Shown here: piece after piece, positions 58,106-64,000 of the stretch
Position numbering within the stretch: the stretch's first letter is position 1
Layout: every line of letters starts with the position of its first letter
Assembly: GCA_963768055.1 (NCBI GenBank)
Contig: CAVYGN010000002.1
Span: forward strand, 416,001 to 480,000
Reading direction: 5' to 3'
Length of the DNA stretch: 64,000 nt
Source: an uncultured Spirochaetota bacterium
Lineage (GTDB): Bacteria; Spirochaetota; Brevinematia; Brevinematales; JAOACQ01
Notes under the pieces: model-generated
What the model was told of the DNA's origin: nothing
What the model saw: only the letters and a program-made list of their open reading frames with translations
The model's database searches: none
Position numbers and translations under genes: made by a program

Positions 58106-60589
58106 ATGTTAAAAAAAATTATTTTGTCAGGCTGTTCATTAATTGCATTCATTATCCTTATTTATGCATGTTCTCTTATAACCCCGGGCGGGGGCGGAGG
58201 AGGAGGGGGAGGGGGAAATAATTCATCGGGCGGGAGCACTTCTTCTTCCACTTCTCATACTTCTTCTTCTTCAGCATCGTCGTTCTGGGCGGACGACTCT
58301 GCAAACTGGGTCGGCGAGGTGTTTTACTGGGGGCCGCCGGAAACGCCTGACGTGCCGGGCCAGTCCCGGGCAAAATCGCCTGTTAAAACAACGGCGAGCG
58401 GAAGTTTCGGCGCAGTCAGGGCAGCGGCCCTGCCGCCCGTACAATACACGGTCGACCCGATATTCAACCCGGTCGGCGGGACTTATACTACTGCAAAAAC
58501 GATACAGATAAAGAGCACTACTTCGGGTTCGGTAGTCCATTATACAACAGACGGCAGCACGCCTACGGCGGCATCGCCGGTGCTGGGCACCCTGAAACTT
58601 TCCAGCGGCACCACGACAGTCAGTGCTATCGCGGTTACAAGCGGAATGGGGGACTCGAGGGTCGTCCAGTGTACATATTATTTCCAGCCGGCGGTCCCAG
58701 GGGGAACAGTCGGAGCGCCGGCTTTCAGCCCGGTCCAGGGGACTTACTTTTCTAATATAAACATCAAGATAAAGAGCCAGACAACAGGGGCTAAAATTTA
58801 TTATACTACCGACGGATCGACCCCTAATACATCGTCGAAGGTATATAGCGCCGCGATACCGCTTGCGCCGGGCTCGACGTTGACGATAAACGCATTCGCC
58901 TTCAAGGCAGGTTTGACATCCTCAATAGTCATATCTCAGACATTCACGGTAACCGGGATTGTCACCGATCCGGTTATTACTCTGGCCGACAACCCGACCG
59001 GAAAATATATAACGATAGCGAACACGACTCCGGGGTCTGGCATTTATTACACCCTCGACGGAACGGAACCTACGGCGGCTTCGACATTTTATTCGGGTGT
59101 GATACAACTGCCGGGTGCGAGCACTATAAACGCCATGGCTTTTGAAACCGGATGGACCGCGTCACATATGGTAAGCTATAACTATACAACTTCCGGAAAG
59201 GCCGCCAGTCCTGTATTTGGTACGGCAGGGGGAACTTACCAGTCGCCATTCAACCTTACACTTTCCTGTCCCACGACAGGAGCGGCGATTTTATGGTCTA
59301 TCGATGGGGGAACGACCTGGAACTGGAACCAGAATAACTCTATTTTGATCTCTTCGAGTATGACCGTTATCGCAAAGGCAGTCTTTACGGGAATGGACGA
59401 TTCGGACGCGGTGACTAACAGCTATGTAATTCAAAATCCGACATATACAGTTACATATAACGCCAACGGAGCTACCGGAGGTAGCGTGCCTATAGATAGC
59501 AATAACTACCTGCCGGGATCAACCGTAACCGTTTCAGGCAACACCGGAAACCTCCTTAAATCCGGATACTCATTGACCGGCTGGAACACAATAAGCGACG
59601 GGACCGGGATCAATTACCCTATAGGGGCAAGTTTTACGATCGGTCCGGCAAATGTCACACTTTATGCAGTCTGGACTCTTAGCTCGTCTTCATCGGCCAG
59701 CAGTTCAAGCTCTAGTTCATCTTCGAGTAGTTCTTCTTCAAGCTCGACTTCCATATCATCGAGCAGTTCAACATCAAGCAGTTCTTCGTCGAGTTCATCA
59801 TCAAGCAGTATTTCATCTTCGAGCAGTTCTTCTTCATCAATTAGCAGCAGTTCATCGTCGAGTTCTTCGTCGAGTAGTTCATCCAGTTCATCAGTTACTG
59901 CATGCAATATAACCGGTTCTTCTCCTCCTGGATCGACATTTACCTATTATTATTTCGGTCAGGGAACTCAAAAACAAAATAGCTATTATAATACAGCTTG
60001 CGGTTATTATGGAACCGAAAATATTAGTTTGAATCAAACCAATTGGTTGAATAATATTGATTCGGTTTATAATATTTCTTATCCTAATTATTTTGTTGCG
60101 ATCCATGAATTAGGATCGGGGGCAAATTGGGCTACAAATTGCGGAGAATGTGTTCAAATCACTTATGGGAATAATACAATTATAGCAACTATTATTGATA
60201 ACTCAATTTTAGGAACAGGAGGAGATCTTGATCTCAGTACATCCGCCTGGAGTGCTTTAGGATTACCGGCAGGAGGAGATCCTAGCAAGGGGTCATGGAA
60301 ATATGTTCCTTGCCCGGTCTCCGGAAATATTGTTATTCGTTTCAATAATGGATATACAGGTGATATTTATATCCAAAATACGATTACCCCAATACAGTCG
60401 GTTACAGCGAATGGTCATACTTGCTCACTTTCTCAATACGGATATTGGAATTCTTCCGCCATTAATGATTTGAGGGGAGTGACATTGGTGTTAACGGATA
60501 TACTGGGCCGCTCTGTAACCGGTACGGTGCCTACAAGTGATAACACTACAGGTGCTAGTATCGGCGTCCAGTTCCCAGGCTGTCAATAG
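58106..60589 (+). CDS. Modular lipoprotein: chitobiase/FN3-associated repeats, InlB B-repeat, Ser linker, C-terminal expansin-like module
   Basis: Lipobox IYAC; repeated IYYTxDGSxP; TVTYNANG...GWNT...LYAVW; ACGY...CGECVQI...DLDLS...WKYVPCP...YGYW. Confidence 0.8.
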   Translation: MLKKIILSGCSLIAFIILIYACSLITPGGGGGGGGGGNNSSGGSTSSSTSHTSSSSASSFWADDSANWVGEVFYWGPPETPDVPGQSRAKSPVKTTASGSFGAVRAAALPPVQYTVDPIFNPVGGTYTTAKTIQIKSTTSGSVVHYTTDGSTPTAASPVLGTLKLSSGTTTVSAIAVTSGMGDSRVVQCTYYFQPAVPGGTVGAPAFSPVQGTYFSNINIKIKSQTTGAKIYYTTDGSTPNTSSKVYSAAIPLAPGSTLTINAFAFKAGLTSSIVISQTFTVTGIVTDPVITLADNPTGKYITIANTTPGSGIYYTLDGTEPTAASTFYSGVIQLPGASTINAMAFETGWTASHMVSYNYTTSGKAASPVFGTAGGTYQSPFNLTLSCPTTGAAILWSIDGGTTWNWNQNNSILISSSMTVIAKAVFTGMDDSDAVTNSYVIQNPTYTVTYNANGATGGSVPIDSNNYLPGSTVTVSGNTGNLLKSGYSLTGWNTISDGTGINYPIGASFTIGPANVTLYAVWTLSSSSSASSSSSSSSSSSSSSSSTSISSSSSTSSSSSSSSSSSSISSSSSSSSSISSSSSSSSSSSSSSSSSVTACNITGSSPPGSTFTYYYFGQGTQKQNSYYNTACGYYGTENISLNQTNWLNNIDSVYNISYPNYFVAIHELGSGANWATNCGECVQITYGNNTIIATIIDNSILGTGGDLDLSTSAWSALGLPAGGDPSKGSWKYVPCPVSGNIVIRFNNGYTGDIYIQNTITPIQSVTANGHTCSLSQYGYWNSSAINDLRGVTLVLTDILGRSVTGTVPTSDNTTGASIGVQFPGCQ
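59681..59893 (+). repeat. Poly-serine coding low-complexity tract
   Basis: About 70 codons, nearly all Ser, with recurring TCGAG(C/T)AGTTC. Confidence 0.9.
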
Positions 60590-60596
60590 TTATTTT

Positions 60597-61994
60597 GTGA
60601 GAATAAAATTGATAACACACGGGGCGGTTTTGCTTTTATACATAACATGTCTTTCCTACTCGCAGGAAACTCACAAAGGTATAATTAAATGGCATGAGAG
60701 TAATTTCGATAAAACACTCGAACAGTCCAAGGCAGAAAACAAAGATATCATTGTTTTCATCTATGCGAAATGGTGCAAGCAATGTGAATACATGAACGAT
60801 AACATACTTACAATTCCTGAAATAGGTAATTTCATTGATTCTAATTTCATCCCATACAAGGCTGAAGATATAAATCCTGAAACCAAAAAAATAATGAACA
60901 AATACGATGTTACGGCATTTCCTACATTCCTCTTTATTGCATCCAATGCCGTAGAGATCGCAAGGTTTGTCGGCCGGGCTGAAAAAACCAATTTCCTTGA
61001 ATTAATAAAAGAAATAAAAGTCGATAGGACTTCTATAAGCGAAAACCTCATTAAATTAAAGGCGTTACCGGGTAATACACAGATATTGTACACTCTATTT
61101 TCCCTTTATATAAAAAGGAGGGATATCGGGAATGCCGAGAATTTTAAAAGCCGTATTAAAGCGAATGATACCGGTTTTTATAACGCTAATGAAGAAAATA
61201 TCCTTTCAACACTTGCCGACGCTTATTTTTATTTAAAAGATTATCCCGGTGCTATAGACAATACAAAAGAATTGATACAATCCGGCCAGGTCAAGGACAT
61301 AAAATCAAAATATTATTTCATAGCCGGGTGTTATAACAAAATGGAAAATTATAAGCGGGCCCTTGACACTTATTATAAGATATTGGAGTTGGATCCGGAG
61401 GATAATTCATCCTATGTCTCCATCATTCAACAGTCATATATATACAACATCGACCTGGATAATTCAATAAATACTGCTTTGAAAGGAACTTTAATAAAGG
61501 CGACAAATGATCAAAAGGCTGAATTATATTTCGAACTGTCCAGGGCATACAAGAAAAAAAACAATAATAAGAAAGCTCTTGAAATGATTGACAACGCTAT
61601 AAGTTTATATCCGATGGCTTTATATAAAAACTTCAAAGACCAAATTACAGGAACAGCAGCCAAAAATGATCTGAAAAAGAATGAGGATCTCTTATCGTTT
61701 TCGGACAAGGCCTGGAATTTCGGAACTGTGAAAAAGGACTCGACCGTCGAATACATAATAACGCTTGAAAATCACTGCGGCTATCCTGCGGAAATACAGG
61801 TTATTAAAACCTGCGACTGTTTAAGCGCAACTCCTGAAACAATAAAACTGGATAACGAAAAAAAGATACAGATAAAACTAGCATATAATTCGTCCGAAGA
61901 CGATGGAAAAATCGAAAAGTATTTCGTCATTAAAAGCGATATAAAAGGATTGGAAAGGACCCTGTTCACAGTTACCGGGACAGTTGAAAAATAG
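60597..61994 (+). CDS. Thioredoxin-fold + TPR + DUF1573-like exported protein
   Basis: WCKQC, FPT; TPR helices; WNFG...TCDCL; start uncertain. Confidence 0.7.
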   Translation: MRIKLITHGAVLLLYITCLSYSQETHKGIIKWHESNFDKTLEQSKAENKDIIVFIYAKWCKQCEYMNDNILTIPEIGNFIDSNFIPYKAEDINPETKKIMNKYDVTAFPTFLFIASNAVEIARFVGRAEKTNFLELIKEIKVDRTSISENLIKLKALPGNTQILYTLFSLYIKRRDIGNAENFKSRIKANDTGFYNANEENILSTLADAYFYLKDYPGAIDNTKELIQSGQVKDIKSKYYFIAGCYNKMENYKRALDTYYKILELDPEDNSSYVSIIQQSYIYNIDLDNSINTALKGTLIKATNDQKAELYFELSRAYKKKNNNKKALEMIDNAISLYPMALYKNFKDQITGTAAKNDLKKNEDLLSFSDKAWNFGTVKKDSTVEYIITLENHCGYPAEIQVIKTCDCLSATPETIKLDNEKKIQIKLAYNSSEDDGKIEKYFVIKSDIKGLERTLFTVTGTVEK

Positions 61995-62004
61995 ATCGAT
62001 CGAA

Positions 62005-63075
62005 TCAGGAGATCAAATTAATAACCCCGAATGCCAGGAATAAACAAAAGAAAATCAATTTTATAAAACCCAGTTTGTTTCCAAGGAAATCCCCGATCTT
62101 TTTTGAAGATATTCCGAAATATACAAGAATGAAAATTACGGCTAATGGAATTATGAAGGCTAAATTATACAAAGTTAAATAAATAAAACCGATTATTTTT
62201 ACCTTCATATCGGAAATATACCCTATAATCGGAAAATATATTTGGCCGGTGCATAATATTTCAAATAAAGAAACCAAAAAGCCAAGGACTATCGAACTTA
62301 ATATAATCCTGTAATTTTTCATTTCAAACCTTATAGCTTCTCTTATTTTATTCTGAAAAAAATCGGGAAGCTTTAGGAATAATTTCCCCCTGTTATCCTT
62401 TGATCTCATCAATTTTACAAAATCAGATAAATTCAATACAGCAAGTACAAATAAAAATATTGTCAGGGCATATTTAAAAATTTTAGAGAACAAAGGGAAG
62501 ATGTTCAGCATTCTTACAAAACCAAATATACCAAGGCCGATAAAAAAATATGTGATAAAAACCGTCACTATATAGAAAATTCCTGAGATCAAGACCAATT
62601 TCCTACTTTTTAAATTAATAAACAGATATGAAATCAATAATATTATTACTGTAAAAACGCATGGATTCATACCGTCCAATATTCCAGCTAAAATAATTAT
62701 TCCCAAGCTAAAATTGCTGTGCTCAATGCCCTGTGCATTATTATTCGCTAAAAAGGTATAAATTTGATCGTTACCCACATAAAATTTATCATTATAAAAT
62801 AAAATAGGGAGTTCGGGGAATTGAGAAAAGATATTAAACTTTTTATTTAATTCTTCGAGTTTATTCCAGTTCTTCTCATCAGTTAAATCATAAACTTTTA
62901 TAACTATATTTTTGCTGTTCTTATTAGACCATTGTTTAATATCACCAATTGTCTTCTGGCATTTACTGCAGGACATATAATATGCATAATATTCCATTAA
63001 TACCGGGTTCGAACTTGAAAAAGCGATGCCCGTAATAATAATTGTGAAGAAAATAATCAGATTAATTTTTTTCAT
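62005..63075 (-). CDS. CcdA/DsbD-like membrane protein with N-terminal thioredoxin/glutaredoxin domain
   Basis: CSKC; GILDGMNPCVF; EILCTGQIY; LYNLAFIIPL; start reassigned to MKKINL. Confidence 0.75.
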   Translation of the reverse strand: MKKINLIIFFTIIITGIAFSSSNPVLMEYYAYYMSCSKCQKTIGDIKQWSNKNSKNIVIKVYDLTDEKNWNKLEELNKKFNIFSQFPELPILFYNDKFYVGNDQIYTFLANNNAQGIEHSNFSLGIIILAGILDGMNPCVFTVIILLISYLFINLKSRKLVLISGIFYIVTVFITYFFIGLGIFGFVRMLNIFPLFSKIFKYALTIFLFVLAVLNLSDFVKLMRSKDNRGKLFLKLPDFFQNKIREAIRFEMKNYRIILSSIVLGFLVSLFEILCTGQIYFPIIGYISDMKVKIIGFIYLTLYNLAFIIPLAVIFILVYFGISSKKIGDFLGNKLGFIKLIFFCLFLAFGVINLIS

Positions 63076-63211
63076 CGCTAAAAAATTGAGGAACATATCA
63101 TCAGTAGTATACTTTAAATATCGAAATAATTCAAAACTGTAAAATGGTTTTATTTCCAGTACAGTAACTTTACCTTTCCCCGTCACCGGATCAAGCTATG
63201 TTTATATAATA

Positions 63212-64000
63212 TCAAGGAACATTAATATAATTATATGGAGAGTTATCGGTAATAATCTGACCGTTTGTTTTAATATTAATAGAATGATTGGTAATACAAA
63301 TGCCACCGCCCGCATTGTTACTAACCAAACCAGTAATATTATCATTAGCCTCATTGTTAAAACAAATTCCTCCGCCATTATTATTTGCTTTATTAGATAT
63401 GATATTAGCAGTTATAGTATTGTTGTGGCTTCCGAATAAATATATGCCTCCTCCTAAACTAACAGATGTTAAACCACCAGAAGCATAATTATTACTTATT
63501 ACACCGTTAACAGTAATAAATGAGCTTCCTTCAATGGCAATGCCCCCGCCTCCATTTGCAGTATCAGATTGATTGCCACTATTATTTATGACAGGACTGT
63601 TAATAAAATCATTGCTTTCAGAGTATATAAAAATACCGCCGCCGTCACAAACAGCCATGTTAAAGCTGATATTAGCATTTATTGTATTATTATAGCCGCC
63701 TTCTAAACTTATTCCACCGCCATTATAACCGATTTGAGTACTATTATTACTTATTAAACCATTTAAAGTTATATTATGAGAATTCAATATGGAAATACCT
63801 CCTCCATCACTTGCAGAGTTGACATTGCCGATAATAATAGCCGAAATGATATTCCAAGGAGAATAATAAATATATACCCCCCCTCCAGGATTATTACTTA
63901 TTATTAAATTTGTTAATACATTATTAGTTGAATTAATGAATCCAATACCTGTATTATAACTATTTTCTACCGTAAAGCCGTCGATTAAAGAAAAACCACA
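63212..64000 (-). CDS. Right-handed beta-helix repeat protein (partial, continues beyond the window)
   Basis: Repeated N.A...GGGI motifs; frame open to base 64000. Confidence 0.8.
   Translation of the reverse strand, partial: CGFSLIDGFTVENSYNTGIGFINSTNNVLTNLIISNNPGGGVYIYYSPWNIISAIIIGNVNSASDGGGISILNSHNITLNGLISNNSTQIGYNGGGISLEGGYNNTINANISFNMAVCDGGGIFIYSESNDFINSPVINNSGNQSDTANGGGGIAIEGSSFITVNGVISNNYASGGLTSVSLGGGIYLFGSHNNTITANIISNKANNNGGGICFNNEANDNITGLVSNNAGGGICITNHSINIKTNGQIITDNSPYNYINVP

Noticed and set aside
59662..59907. Acidic D/E/L-rich ORF
   Set aside because: Reverse reading of the poly-Ser tract

Overview
Chromosomal window of a low-to-moderate GC diderm bacterium, most likely a spirochete. 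This is inferred from the fliL-fliM-fliY cluster, the ispE-spoVG-tRNA-Gln-prs-rplY-pth-tilS-ftsH synteny, a LolA-like ABC module and a spirochete-type HATPase. Most of the window is housekeeping (murB, dxs, rsmG, rlmB, rpsF-ssb-rpsR-rplI-dnaB, mlaEFD, purD), plus a dTDP-3-amino-sugar glycan locus, a sugar ABC importer and two c-di-GMP enzymes. Five things stand out. (1) A MOB_F/TrwC-type relaxase has intact nicking motifs but systematically degenerate helicase ATPase motifs; it sits with an intact TrwB-like coupling ATPase, each with its own near-consensus promoter, and no integrase, T4SS or visible element boundary. (2) A 591-bp non-coding element before rpsF consists of two inverted copies of a long imperfect hairpin with clear compensatory base-pair changes and conserved bulges; both copies end in TATTGTCT, the sequence just 5' of the R388 TrwC nick site. 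(3) Several families of small palindromic/MITE-like repeats occur, one inserted in frame in a signal-peptide region. (4) A modular lipoprotein ends in a bacterial expansin. (5) A putative HATPase + STAS-like partner-switching pair is present. No CRISPR, rRNA or intact transposase/integrase was seen.
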